DNA from: a virus
Strand: one strand, 5' to 3'
Virus record (IMG/VR): IMGVR_UViG_3300045988_119379
Coordinates: 87,113-151,112 of that record
DNA: 64,000 nucleotides
A program made the translations under genes and the position numbers. The notes under the pieces are model-generated. The model was not told the origin of the DNA, made no database searches, and worked only from the letters and a program-made list of their open reading frames with translations. Positions 47,538 through 56,916 of the stretch are shown here, piece by piece. How positions within the stretch are numbered: the first letter of the stretch is position 1; each line of letters begins with the position of its first letter.

Positions 47538-48200
47538 TTAATCCCATCCTCCAGTAGTGTACAAAGATACATCTTCATCCTCTACATTTACATCTTTAAG
47601 AGCCTGTAGAAGTTTTTTCTTTGTCTCCTGGCACATATTGTAACCATATCCTTTATACCGATATGAGCGCTCCCATGTGCTTACTGGAAAAGGAATATTT
47701 TCATCAATGACCAGCCTCTTCATATGAAGATGTTCGAAGAATTTCTCATGATAGAGTAGCTTATATTCGTATGCTACTATGCTTGCGGATGAGAATGGAA
47801 AATAATCATCTTCCTTTTCTTCGTATTTAGGCTCCTTATAGTAAGCCATTTTTGCCACAGTAAAGTCGAAGCTCCTGAGAATCTCTTCCGGCTTTCCAAA
47901 CTCTGACTCTATGAACTCTACCCATACCTTTTCTCCCTCTTTCTGGAATGCGCATACTTTCTCATTCCTGTACTTAAATTTCCATCCTTCTTTCTGATGT
48001 TTTTCATCATTGAACAAATCAACAGCCTCCTGAAAATCGCTTTCGCTTTCAAAGAAAATATCAATGTCTTTTACTCTTTCTCCAGAAAGGATATTCTTAA
48101 AACATCCTCCGGCAATGAATCCTTTATGACCTTCCATGTATTTGTCAAGCCATCTTATTTGCCAGAAATTATCTGGAGTATCTATTACAAAATTGTTCAT
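47538..48200 (-). CDS. Pol-beta-superfamily nucleotidyltransferase (220 aa) with CCA-adding/polyA-polymerase head-type motif AGGCFKNILSGERVKDIDIFF
   Basis: GG-x9-G-x4-DxD signature. Confidence 0.5.
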   Translation of the reverse strand: MNNFVIDTPDNFWQIRWLDKYMEGHKGFIAGGCFKNILSGERVKDIDIFFESESDFQEAVDLFNDEKHQKEGWKFKYRNEKVCAFQKEGEKVWVEFIESEFGKPEEILRSFDFTVAKMAYYKEPKYEEKEDDYFPFSSASIVAYEYKLLYHEKFFEHLHMKRLVIDENIPFPVSTWERSYRYKGYGYNMCQETKKKLLQALKDVNVEDEDVSLYTTGGWD

Positions 48201-48218
48201 ATTGTTTGTATTTTACTG

Positions 48219-48473
48219 TTACCAAGCGAGATAAAAATTCCGCTTCACAATAATACAATGAGTGTAATTACTCAGGTCGATTCCGTTGTCCGTAAATGTA
48301 TCCAGGACTCGTTTTTCCACGTATTTGAGTTTTACCATTATCCCCTTCTTAAACACTTCTATTAACTTCTCATTGCACTCAATAGGTCCAATAAGACAGT
48401 ATCTATTCGAAGGACTGTCTGATATACAATATGTCTGACATCCTAACATGTTGCTTAAAATTACTTCGTTCAT
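48219..48473 (-). CDS. hypothetical protein (84 aa)
   Basis: ORF. Confidence 0.45.
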   Translation of the reverse strand: MNEVILSNMLGCQTYCISDSPSNRYCLIGPIECNEKLIEVFKKGIMVKLKYVEKRVLDTFTDNGIDLSNYTHCIIVKRNFYLAW

Positions 48474-48480
48474 AATTTCT

Positions 48481-48957
48481 CTATGATTCTAATATGGTGT
48501 CTACAAACTCCGTTATTTTATCAACGGATTCTTTTGATAAGGTATATCTTCTCCAATCCCATCTAAAATGCGCTTTTGGGAGATTTTTAGTAGAATATTT
48601 TTCATTTCCGTCCTTGTTAGTCCATTTGTAATTATCCTCTGGATCCGCCACTTTTATCCCCGATTTAGGTCCGTTACGAAAGCTATATAGCATTCTTATA
48701 ACCGATTCAAAATCCGAACCTATATCAAATAGCATATGATACACCTTGTTTATTAAAGCCCTATCAGCTTGTTCCAAGTCTTCACCAAACAACTCTCTTA
48801 CACTCCAATTTTTCATTTCTGAATAACGAATGAAATTAAGTTTCCCTTTTTCTATATTAGGATCTTTTCTTGATAATACAAGCTCCAAATCTTTTACAAA
48901 TGACTCTTTTAGCTTCTGTTGTCCTAACAAGGCGGTGTATTTGCTTACTATATCCAT
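48481..48957 (-). CDS. hypothetical protein (158 aa)
   Basis: ORF. Confidence 0.5.
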   Translation of the reverse strand: MDIVSKYTALLGQQKLKESFVKDLELVLSRKDPNIEKGKLNFIRYSEMKNWSVRELFGEDLEQADRALINKVYHMLFDIGSDFESVIRMLYSFRNGPKSGIKVADPEDNYKWTNKDGNEKYSTKNLPKAHFRWDWRRYTLSKESVDKITEFVDTILES

Positions 48958-49256
48958 TATCCAAAGTTTTTTAATATTGCTCCAAACGAATCATATTTAA
49001 TCCCTAATGTATCATGTGCCTTTTGGGATCCACATTCACATTCTCCTATCTTCTGTCCTGATCCACACTCGCATAAATCTATTCCCCAATGGTTGACACA
49101 GTGGTCGCAGCAGTAGGACTGGTGAAGCCATGTGGCATCACCAGTATCCAAATCCAATTTTTCAAATGTTTCCCAAAACATGCTATTCGAAGCACTATTA
49201 TCAAATCTGATAGTGACTGCACCGCATTTACATTTTTGTATGTATTCTATTTTCAT
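48957..49256 (-). CDS. Cys-rich small protein (99 aa; CKCG...CCDHC...CECGSGQKIGECECGS)
   Basis: ORF with 11 Cys. Confidence 0.5.
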   Translation of the reverse strand: MKIEYIQKCKCGAVTIRFDNSASNSMFWETFEKLDLDTGDATWLHQSYCCDHCVNHWGIDLCECGSGQKIGECECGSQKAHDTLGIKYDSFGAILKNFG

Positions 49257-49316
49257 ATATGTTCCATTTTCAAAATATCTGGGGACAGATATTCTTGCAA
49301 CTCCAATTTGCGTACA

Positions 49317-50048
49317 TTAAAGCGCCTCATCAGTTCCTAAAAGATGCTCGTTACCCTCAAAACGAATACAATAATCCCATAATGTTCCATTGGAACATTC
49401 GTACTTATAAGGCAATCCATTATAATCGTCCACAATTTCCCTTGCAAACAAACTGATATTCCATTTTTTATTTCCTTCTTTTCTTACCAGCACTTTATCA
49501 AACGGCTTAAACTCATATTTCGGTTTTTCTTCAATCCCGAAGAAGCGTTTCAGATACTCTTTAGCTTCAGGTTCTTTGCTTGCCTTTAATGCGTCAACCA
49601 ACTTTTGTCTTTCGGACTCAGTGGCAAATCTGTATTTTTCTATCTGATTTTCCCAAGCAGATAAACCATCTTCTATTTTAAGAATACCTTTTTGATTTAA
49701 AGAGGCATAAAAAGACGTTATATATTTCCCATGTGTATTTAAAATAAAGATATAGCTACCATCTTTATTACTTAACACCTCTCCATCTTTAAACGTAGTA
49801 TATTCCGGGACTTCAAGAAGGAGGCGATTTTCGCTGCTAAGTGCTTTTCCTGTAGCAGAAAACCAGTCTGCCGATACAGAAATCGAATGAATTACAACCA
49901 ATAACGGACAATTTGACGAATTGTCTTCATATACGATTTCTGCTCTATTTTGTCCTTTCTCTGTCACAATACGACCTGCTATTTCCCCTATGTTTATTTT
50001 TTTCGCCGTTTCTAAATCAAACGGAATTGTTGCTGTTCTCTGTTCCAT
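49317..50048 (-). CDS. hypothetical protein (243 aa), paralog of 50053-50796
   Basis: shared C-terminal block FKPFDKVLVR...W...LFAR...YKYEC...GNEHLLGT. Confidence 0.6.
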   Translation of the reverse strand: MEQRTATIPFDLETAKKINIGEIAGRIVTEKGQNRAEIVYEDNSSNCPLLVVIHSISVSADWFSATGKALSSENRLLLEVPEYTTFKDGEVLSNKDGSYIFILNTHGKYITSFYASLNQKGILKIEDGLSAWENQIEKYRFATESERQKLVDALKASKEPEAKEYLKRFFGIEEKPKYEFKPFDKVLVRKEGNKKWNISLFAREIVDDYNGLPYKYECSNGTLWDYCIRFEGNEHLLGTDEAL

Positions 50049-50052
50049 GATC

Positions 50053-50796
50053 TTATTTGCTTTTATTAGTTCCTAAAAGATGCTCATTTCCTTGGTATGG
50101 AATACACTCTTTGTATCTCAAACCTCCCAAGCATTCATATTTGTATTCTTCTTCTCTTACTCTGGCAAATAAGTGTAGATTCCAATCTCCCAAATTGCTT
50201 GCTCTCACCAAGACTTGATCGAATGGCTTAAAATCGCATTTCTTTTCTTTAGTCAGCAAGTATTCGTACTCACTTAGATATTGTTTTATTATTCCTGCTT
50301 TTTTAAGGTTTTCTGTATTAGCAATTCTTTCAGCAAAAGATTTTTTCTCTTCCTCTGTGGCTAATCTAACATACTTGGATTTATCCTCACCACACACACT
50401 TGTCCATATTGGAACTTCTTCAGATGTAATCTCGCCATATGCCGATATACCATATATGCATCCCATATCTCCTTCTCTATTAATAATACCATTATATATA
50501 AATGGGTTCCCAAGCGTGCTTATTAATACATCTCCTTTCTTAAAATACGCTCCAGCCTCTACTTCCAATTCCAGAACGTTGTTGAAAAAAGTACGACCTT
50601 CTGTATCGGCATATATAGCACTTATCCCAGATTCATCTTTTTTTACAAAAAGTAAATTATAACGATCTGCACAGTCTTTTGACTCATATACAAATTCTAT
50701 TTTAATATTACCAATTAATACTGAACCTTCTATTTCTCCGCTTTTAATTTTTCTCGCCGTATTTAAATCAAACGGAACAATAATTGGATTTTCCAT
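50053..50796 (-). CDS. hypothetical protein (247 aa), paralog of 49317-50048
   Basis: tandem duplicate; same N-terminal (PFDLxTAxKI..GEI.G) and C-terminal blocks. Confidence 0.6.
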   Translation of the reverse strand: MENPIIVPFDLNTARKIKSGEIEGSVLIGNIKIEFVYESKDCADRYNLLFVKKDESGISAIYADTEGRTFFNNVLELEVEAGAYFKKGDVLISTLGNPFIYNGIINREGDMGCIYGISAYGEITSEEVPIWTSVCGEDKSKYVRLATEEEKKSFAERIANTENLKKAGIIKQYLSEYEYLLTKEKKCDFKPFDQVLVRASNLGDWNLHLFARVREEEYKYECLGGLRYKECIPYQGNEHLLGTNKSK

Positions 50797-50817
50797 ATCT
50801 TTTTATTTTTAATTATG

Positions 50818-50853
50818 TAATCAATAAAACAAGATGGGTTACTTAAACCCATC
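50818..50853 (-). terminator. rho-independent terminator on - strand: GGATGGGT-loop-ACCCATCC hairpin enclosing the upstream stop codon, followed by TTGTTTTATTGATT
   Basis: 7-8-bp stem plus U-rich tail in - orientation. Confidence 0.5.
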
Positions 50854-51904
50854 CCAGTTGTTTTGCTATTCTCTCCATTTCGTTATATGCTATCCTATGA
50901 CATCCAGCGGTTAGCAAATCGTTTTCGTACCGATTTAGACTCCACTGGTGACCGGTGATGTCCTCCACCAGACCGTGCCGAAACTCGGCGCCCCGGTGCA
51001 TTGCCGACACAGCCCTCCACAGTTTTCTGGCTTCTGCTATTCCAATCTTTATCTGTTTACTTGTCTCAATAATATTTCCTTTTATACGAATCCAGGCGTT
51101 AGGTTTTTCACCAGGAATATAGAAAGGTGTATTCAAGAAATTGATTTCTCCTGACTTCCACTCTTCCAGTTTTTCATCAAAATCCTTGTAACGGGCTTCT
51201 TCTTCCTTTCTTAATCTCTCTAATTTTATTCTTTCTCTTTCTTCCTCACCCTTTCTCCATCTTTCAGATCTTTCTGAATACTTAATCCATGTACCTTCCC
51301 CGCAAACTTCATCAACAATCACATTTACGGTCCCTAACACTTTTAATCCTTGATGATCTAATAAAATTTGAAAGATGCGTTTTAATTCATGTACGTGCTT
51401 ACGCTTGATACTATCTCCGCTCTTGGATAATTCATGATTGGTTCCAAGCCAATCATTAGCACTCTTTTTAAGGATACTCTTAGCAGTCCCCATGTTAAAG
51501 AACTGAATGTAATCCATCATATTCCCAAAAGCGCCCCAAATATCTGTATAAGATAATTCTGTTTTAGCTCTTTTGTATTTTTCAATAGACTTCTTAATTG
51601 ATTCCAGTTTGCTGGCAACAAACCTCATATTACCAGTATCCGATATATTATCCCCTACACTGAAAACCATTGCCCAAGTTGGTATCGCATTACGAACATA
51701 GTATTGATGTTTGCTCGTGGTAACAGAATAATAATCTTCATTTATCAGGTATGCTTTCTTCCCTTGTTTGTTTTTTACTATTCTCCCGACTTCAAAGTGA
51801 TGCCCATAAGAATAAATACTTGTACCTTCAAAGAAGAAATTGCTCCCTGATGCTGATTCTTCTTGTTCATGAGCCCACAAGTGAGCGACCATTAAATTGT
51901 TCAT
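50843..51904 (-). CDS. hypothetical protein (353 aa) with central Glu/Arg-rich coiled coil
   Basis: ORF. Confidence 0.55.
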   Translation of the reverse strand: MNNLMVAHLWAHEQEESASGSNFFFEGTSIYSYGHHFEVGRIVKNKQGKKAYLINEDYYSVTTSKHQYYVRNAIPTWAMVFSVGDNISDTGNMRFVASKLESIKKSIEKYKRAKTELSYTDIWGAFGNMMDYIQFFNMGTAKSILKKSANDWLGTNHELSKSGDSIKRKHVHELKRIFQILLDHQGLKVLGTVNVIVDEVCGEGTWIKYSERSERWRKGEEERERIKLERLRKEEEARYKDFDEKLEEWKSGEINFLNTPFYIPGEKPNAWIRIKGNIIETSKQIKIGIAEARKLWRAVSAMHRGAEFRHGLVEDITGHQWSLNRYENDLLTAGCHRIAYNEMERIAKQLGWV

Positions 51905-51916
51905 ATAAATATCTTT

Positions 51917-52207
51917 TTAATTGTTTAACTTACCTTTATCATATGACATTCTCTTTTCGTATTTTTCAATACGTTCGGTTATCATATCGCAGAAGGCTTG
52001 CCCCTCTTTTTCGGAACCTCTGAAGTAACCAACCATCTTCAGGATATTCCCGTCAAACTCATGGACAAACTTGTTATAATAATGTTCACCCATTACCCGT
52101 CCGTATTTTTCTACGAACAAATCCTTGTCCAGTGATTCATCCTTAAAGCAGCGGTTGTAATCCCATCTTACAACACGAAACAATGTTTCAAAATTCAATC
52201 TTTCCAT
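51917..52207 (-). CDS. hypothetical protein (96 aa)
   Basis: ORF. Confidence 0.5.
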   Translation of the reverse strand: MERLNFETLFRVVRWDYNRCFKDESLDKDLFVEKYGRVMGEHYYNKFVHEFDGNILKMVGYFRGSEKEGQAFCDMITERIEKYEKRMSYDKGKLNN

Positions 52208-52217
52208 ATCCTATATT

Positions 52218-53114
52218 TTATTTAAGTTCAAACCTAATATCTTCCGGCAACTTGGAGCGGTCTACCTTATTCACAAAATCATCAAACTCTTCCTGTGTGA
52301 TTTTTTCTCCATAACCGTTCCAGTTGAAAGACAAAGTGTTCGTGTGAGGATAATATATAACATTATTAATTGGCAATCCATAATCAAACACACAGAGCAT
52401 TATCTTCTTTTCTGCTTCTGCTTGTCTGATTTTCTTATCGTATCGCTCACAAATTTCAGCACGCTTTTTCAACATCTTTGCCTTATGAACCTCTTCCCTA
52501 CGTTTTTCGATATTTTCTGCGGAATAATACCCGGCTTTAATGCGCTCTTCAATAAGCAAACGTTCCTCGTCCGTTAATGTCAAAGTAAACCTTTCCTTTT
52601 CCGGCGTATACGGATTTACCCATTTCTTACCACACAGGTCTTCAAGTTCAACAAGAAGCTCGTCTGATTCACGTTTCCATCTATCTACAATTCCTAAATC
52701 GAAAAGCAGATACTTGAAATACATCTTATCCTCAGAGGCTTTATATAATTCTACGCATTCTTGTTCTGATATACGCAAATACTCCATTGCCACAGACATA
52801 CCACTTCTTCTAACGTGATATATGCCATTTTCTACCGGATGCATAGGAGCACCATAATGGTTACAAAGATGCAACGATATGAATTTCGCTAATTCCGGAA
52901 AATGTTTTGCGACTTCATCGTGGCAGCAGCCTCCTAAGTAATCCTCATATTTTCCATGCTTGTTTTTCCAGTCAACGTCGGCTGTTATGCTCCAGTCGCA
53001 TATGTTATTTTTGCAGTCATCATCCAAAGAGATTCTAACTGTTATTCTATAATCTTCTTCATTTTCTGTAAAGAATTTTGTACCTGAATAAAACAGTTTG
53101 TTTGTAGTTTCCAT
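52218..53114 (-). CDS. hypothetical protein (298 aa)
   Basis: ORF. Confidence 0.55.
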   Translation of the reverse strand: METTNKLFYSGTKFFTENEEDYRITVRISLDDDCKNNICDWSITADVDWKNKHGKYEDYLGGCCHDEVAKHFPELAKFISLHLCNHYGAPMHPVENGIYHVRRSGMSVAMEYLRISEQECVELYKASEDKMYFKYLLFDLGIVDRWKRESDELLVELEDLCGKKWVNPYTPEKERFTLTLTDEERLLIEERIKAGYYSAENIEKRREEVHKAKMLKKRAEICERYDKKIRQAEAEKKIMLCVFDYGLPINNVIYYPHTNTLSFNWNGYGEKITQEEFDDFVNKVDRSKLPEDIRFELK

Positions 53115-53125
53115 ATTATTTTAGT

Positions 53126-53362
53126 TTAATCATTACACTTATGAAAAATAAAATCTGCACACTCTCCGGGAAGTGTTCCTGCGTCATTACAACGGTAAAA
53201 CCCTTGTGTTTCCAAATCTACATCTACCGGATAACCTTCTGCTGCTTCCAAGAAGCGTTGGATTTCCTCACATTCTTCATCCGTTAATCCAGTGTAATCA
53301 TCATTGATTAACGGGCAAGCCCAATAAGAGGGCAACCTGTATCTTATTACTTTTATGCTCAT
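53126..53362 (-). CDS. hypothetical protein (78 aa)
   Basis: ORF. Confidence 0.45.
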   Translation of the reverse strand: MSIKVIRYRLPSYWACPLINDDYTGLTDEECEEIQRFLEAAEGYPVDVDLETQGFYRCNDAGTLPGECADFIFHKCND

Positions 53363-53751
53363 AGTTTTATTAATCTACAGTTACTATCTTCAAATACCGG
53401 AACCTTCCCTTGTTCTCTAAAATAAGCAGTGGCCACCTTGAAAGCATAAAGCGGATTTACTTTCTGGATTTCTTGTTGTGATTTATAGAAAGATAGCGGC
53501 TTACATACATAGAAATTTTCATTGCCAAGACTCCCAAAAAGCCAATCCATACTACCTTCATCACAATTAGTGCCACCCAGTATTATTAAATCACATCCGG
53601 TCTTCCGGGTTCCCAAAATAAATGCCTTGTTCTTATTCTCTGGCTGCATAAATATCTCCTTGTCGATTTTAAACCAGTCGCTCTGGCGACTCTCCACATC
53701 CCGGCGAACTATTTCGTCAATTTCAAGTGCATATTCTTCTTGTGTTTTCAT
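53359..53751 (-). CDS. hypothetical protein (130 aa)
   Basis: ORF, ATGA overlap. Confidence 0.5.
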   Translation of the reverse strand: MKTQEEYALEIDEIVRRDVESRQSDWFKIDKEIFMQPENKNKAFILGTRKTGCDLIILGGTNCDEGSMDWLFGSLGNENFYVCKPLSFYKSQQEIQKVNPLYAFKVATAYFREQGKVPVFEDSNCRLIKL

Positions 53752-53819
53752 AAGATATGTTATTAAATGTAGTTATATAATTTCTGGATAAAATCACTCA
53801 TGGCATCAGCATACACAAC

Positions 53820-54629
53820 CTATTCTTCTAAGCCATTCTCTATCATGACTTCCTTTATCAATTCATCTGTCTCCTCGTAACATCCCCAGCGAGAATCAAC
53901 CTCTTCCCATTCTTCGCAATCTTCATCCTCTCTTGATTTGTCTTTGTATTTCTTGGTAAATGCTACCTTCTTTTCAAGAACGTACCCTTTTACATCTCCC
54001 CACATCCACATACCTATGGACTTTACTTCATTATCTATAATCTTGGCACAATCTTCTTTCCAGTCTCCTTCTTTGTTGCAGACTTCATTATCATATTTTT
54101 CTTTTGTAACGTATACTATCCCTTTTATATAATCACCTTGATTATAACCCCCTGTCGACCACTCTATAGCTACCACATCTTTTCCATATTTGGATATGAT
54201 ATCTAACAGGTCTTCATCATCCAGATCCTCTATTAATTCTCCTCTGCAATCAAAGTCCTTCAAATCACCTGGTGAAAACTCTTGACCTATATGTAGACTT
54301 GTCTTATGTTTCAACTCCCATACATTGCCACCTCTGTTGTATGTGAATGAGATCCCATTCGCTTCCCCTTTCTTTAAATATTTTACAATGTCTTTCTGTT
54401 CTATATGCTTCATTACAATAGCATCAATAACATCTCTAAGATCATGCTTGTTATCGTAGAAGAAAGTTTTCCAATTGCATTCATCATGCAATTGATGCAT
54501 ATCAGAGTATTCAAAAAAGAATGACCCAAACAAACCCCAATTAGTTATAGGACATTCTGAATCACGGCAATAATACACTTTAATGCGATAATCGCCTACT
54601 TCTTTTGTTGTAATAAGATCGTCTTCCAT
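53820..54629 (-). CDS. hypothetical protein (269 aa)
   Basis: ORF. Confidence 0.55.
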   Translation of the reverse strand: MEDDLITTKEVGDYRIKVYYCRDSECPITNWGLFGSFFFEYSDMHQLHDECNWKTFFYDNKHDLRDVIDAIVMKHIEQKDIVKYLKKGEANGISFTYNRGGNVWELKHKTSLHIGQEFSPGDLKDFDCRGELIEDLDDEDLLDIISKYGKDVVAIEWSTGGYNQGDYIKGIVYVTKEKYDNEVCNKEGDWKEDCAKIIDNEVKSIGMWMWGDVKGYVLEKKVAFTKKYKDKSREDEDCEEWEEVDSRWGCYEETDELIKEVMIENGLEE

Positions 54630-54640
54630 GTCTTTATATT

Positions 54641-55099
54641 TTAAATAGTTCTTAATTTTTCTTCGATAAATGCATCTATTTCATCATAGTATGAGCCATC
54701 AAAATAATAATTCCCATATTTCTCTGTAAACTCTTTGGTCCACTCTTGAATGATGTTAAATGCCTCTTCCCTGCTACGTTCTTTTAATCCCATTAGATCA
54801 TCCACGGCTGTCACCGACATCTCTTGCAGATTTCGTAAGTAATTTAAACCTATGCTATACGGTAGCTTGCCTACTTCTATACATACATAATGACCCTGTT
54901 TAAAGGCATCCTGTAAATCTTCAAGACTCTCTATCGATGACTCAGACTCATCATCTACCCTCACCTTGTATAACTCAAAATCTTCATTTTCTGCTGACAC
55001 CCATATCTTGTAGGCTTTTTCGTTGGACAATATTTTCCAAACAAATCCGTCGCTGAATACAATTAGGCTACCTGTTACTATCGTATTTTTCATAATCAC
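54641..55099 (-). CDS. hypothetical protein (152 aa)
   Basis: ORF. Confidence 0.5.
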   Translation of the reverse strand: MIMKNTIVTGSLIVFSDGFVWKILSNEKAYKIWVSAENEDFELYKVRVDDESESSIESLEDLQDAFKQGHYVCIEVGKLPYSIGLNYLRNLQEMSVTAVDDLMGLKERSREEAFNIIQEWTKEFTEKYGNYYFDGSYYDEIDAFIEEKLRTI

Positions 55100-55102
55100 T
55101 TT

Positions 55103-55417
55103 CTAATCTGTTACTCTGTAATAATAATCAAGCTCTTCTCCCTTAAAATTGTTCATGGCATACTCGTCGGCTTCCCGCCACAACCGGTCATACAATGCAG
55201 CCAGTTCACGATCGCTTTCGTAATGTTGCCATATTTTATGATTCAGTACGAGCGTTAATTCCGTGAAAAACTTATAATCGTCTTTCCATTCATTAAACGC
55301 ACGTCTGTAGGTATCTTTGACACCTGCTATACCATACTTGTCAGCTATGCTGAAATCTTCCCAAAAGGTAGTCATCAGGTCATAGCCTACTTCTTTCATA
55401 AATTCTTTGAATGTCAT
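55103..55417 (-). CDS. hypothetical protein (104 aa)
   Basis: ORF; preceded by 22-bp perfect inverted repeat. Confidence 0.5.
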   Translation of the reverse strand: MTFKEFMKEVGYDLMTTFWEDFSIADKYGIAGVKDTYRRAFNEWKDDYKFFTELTLVLNHKIWQHYESDRELAALYDRLWREADEYAMNNFKGEELDYYYRVTD

Positions 55418-55434
55418 AAACTATTATTTTAGGT

Positions 55435-55488
55435 GGCGATTATATACTATTTTACAACATGTATGGTGTAAAATAGTATATAATCGCC
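55435..55488. promoter_or_regulatory. perfect 22-bp inverted repeat GGCGATTATATACTATTTTACA-(10 nt)-TGTAAAATAGTATATAATCGCC; adjacent unusually GC-rich island 55541-55610
   Basis: exact 22-bp arms; sits 17 nt upstream of the ATG at 55417 (- strand). Confidence 0.55.
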
Positions 55489-55591
55489 TAAATTCATAAT
55501 ATTTGTATCGTTTTCACCGTTCACTATCTGACTAATGTACGGACCTGGCCACAGACAGCCAGGCCGACCTCATCGCAGGGCAGGCTCCGCC

Positions 55592-55780
55592 TTATTCTGG
55601 CTGTTCCACCCATTCCCTGTATCCTACGTTAAAACCAATAGGATCATATCTTTTGATCATAGTACCATAATTCTCTCTACCGCAATACCTGTTTTTTCCT
55701 CCAATAATCCATCTCTCATCGTCTCTATCTGGAGATATGGAGTTAAGATACTTTTCATAATCCTTTCTACTCTTTCCCAT
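55592..55780 (-). CDS. hypothetical protein (62 aa)
   Basis: ORF. Confidence 0.4.
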   Translation of the reverse strand: MGKSRKDYEKYLNSISPDRDDERWIIGGKNRYCGRENYGTMIKRYDPIGFNVGYREWVEQPE

Positions 55781-56135
55781 CTTTGTCTTGATTTAAACAA
55801 TAGTTAATAAAATAAGCAACCTGTTCATTCTCCCCTGGATTATTATAATCATAAAAAGTCATATCAGTATAATCCAGCATAACTACACGAAAATCGTTTT
55901 TTTTGACATACACTTCCGTTAAATACATAGGATTTTCATCAATTTCTATTATCACCGGAAACTGATCATCAAAGTCAAATACATCATTAGTTTCTTTAAA
56001 TTCTTTAAACCCTTTAAATTTTAGCTTTATAATTCCATTGTTTTCTGCTAATGCTTCTCTGATGTACTCTAATCTTTTTGCATTCAGACTGGCCTCTGCT
56101 TCTTCTATTTCTTTATATAATTTATTTAAATCCAT
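55767..56135 (-). CDS. hypothetical protein (122 aa)
   Basis: ORF. Confidence 0.5.
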   Translation of the reverse strand: MDLNKLYKEIEEAEASLNAKRLEYIREALAENNGIIKLKFKGFKEFKETNDVFDFDDQFPVIIEIDENPMYLTEVYVKKNDFRVVMLDYTDMTFYDYNNPGENEQVAYFINYCLNQDKDGKE

Positions 56136-56647
56136 ATTCCACTATATTCCACTATATTTATGTTATCGAATTTTTCTTTTATAATATCCAAGACTCCGTA
56201 CTCGTTTGTTATCATAACATGCTTCCCTGGCTTCATTCTCCACAGATTAAAATACCTTGTCACATTCATAGTGGCATTAAATAATGATATTTCATATCTT
56301 GTGTTTCCATTTTTATCACGCCCTATGTTTTTAATATAACATATGTCTGGCTTGTATTTGAAATAATTAAAAAGCCTATACCATCCCTTCCCGTTACATG
56401 TTTCACAATTCCATTTTCCAGCAAGCCTTCTGTATCCCCTTACTGGTATTTTCACTATTTCCCTTGGCACGATTTCAATATACTTTCCTTCTCCGATTGG
56501 TATAGTCATATTACCTGTCTCTTCCGTGCAAAAGTATTCTATTTCAGATGCCATGTCTTTATATACATAGAACCGGTATAGGTTCCCGTCAGGGTCTACC
56601 CGATCCATGTAATATAATATCACTTTGTCTACTTTTATCGTTTTCAT
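56126..56647 (-). CDS. hypothetical protein (173 aa)
   Basis: ORF. Confidence 0.5.
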   Translation of the reverse strand: MKTIKVDKVILYYMDRVDPDGNLYRFYVYKDMASEIEYFCTEETGNMTIPIGEGKYIEIVPREIVKIPVRGYRRLAGKWNCETCNGKGWYRLFNYFKYKPDICYIKNIGRDKNGNTRYEISLFNATMNVTRYFNLWRMKPGKHVMITNEYGVLDIIKEKFDNINIVEYSGIWI

Positions 56648-56895
56648 TCCTTAATTCTACTTATCTTTAAATTGTTATTATTACAGTATTCCTTCAACCA
56701 ACTATCTGTTAGATAACGATTGACTCTATCGTATTTCTTTTTCGGACCCTTGCTCCAGAATTTCCATTCGTTTGTGATATTGTACCCATATTTATCAAAC
56801 CAATAGATATAATACACTACGTTACCGTATAAATCCACTCTTTTTCTTTCCTGTATGACTACCTCATAAGGTATCTCCTTGTCTCTTTTTCCCAT
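56644..56895 (-). CDS. hypothetical protein (83 aa; start moved to MGKRDKEIPYEV, preceded by AAAGGAGGA)
   Basis: track N-terminal extension is the reverse complement of a terminator T9 tract. Confidence 0.45.
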   Translation of the reverse strand: MGKRDKEIPYEVVIQERKRVDLYGNVVYYIYWFDKYGYNITNEWKFWSKGPKKKYDRVNRYLTDSWLKEYCNNNNLKISRIKE

Positions 56896-56916
56896 CTTTG
56901 TCCTCCTTTCTTGAAT

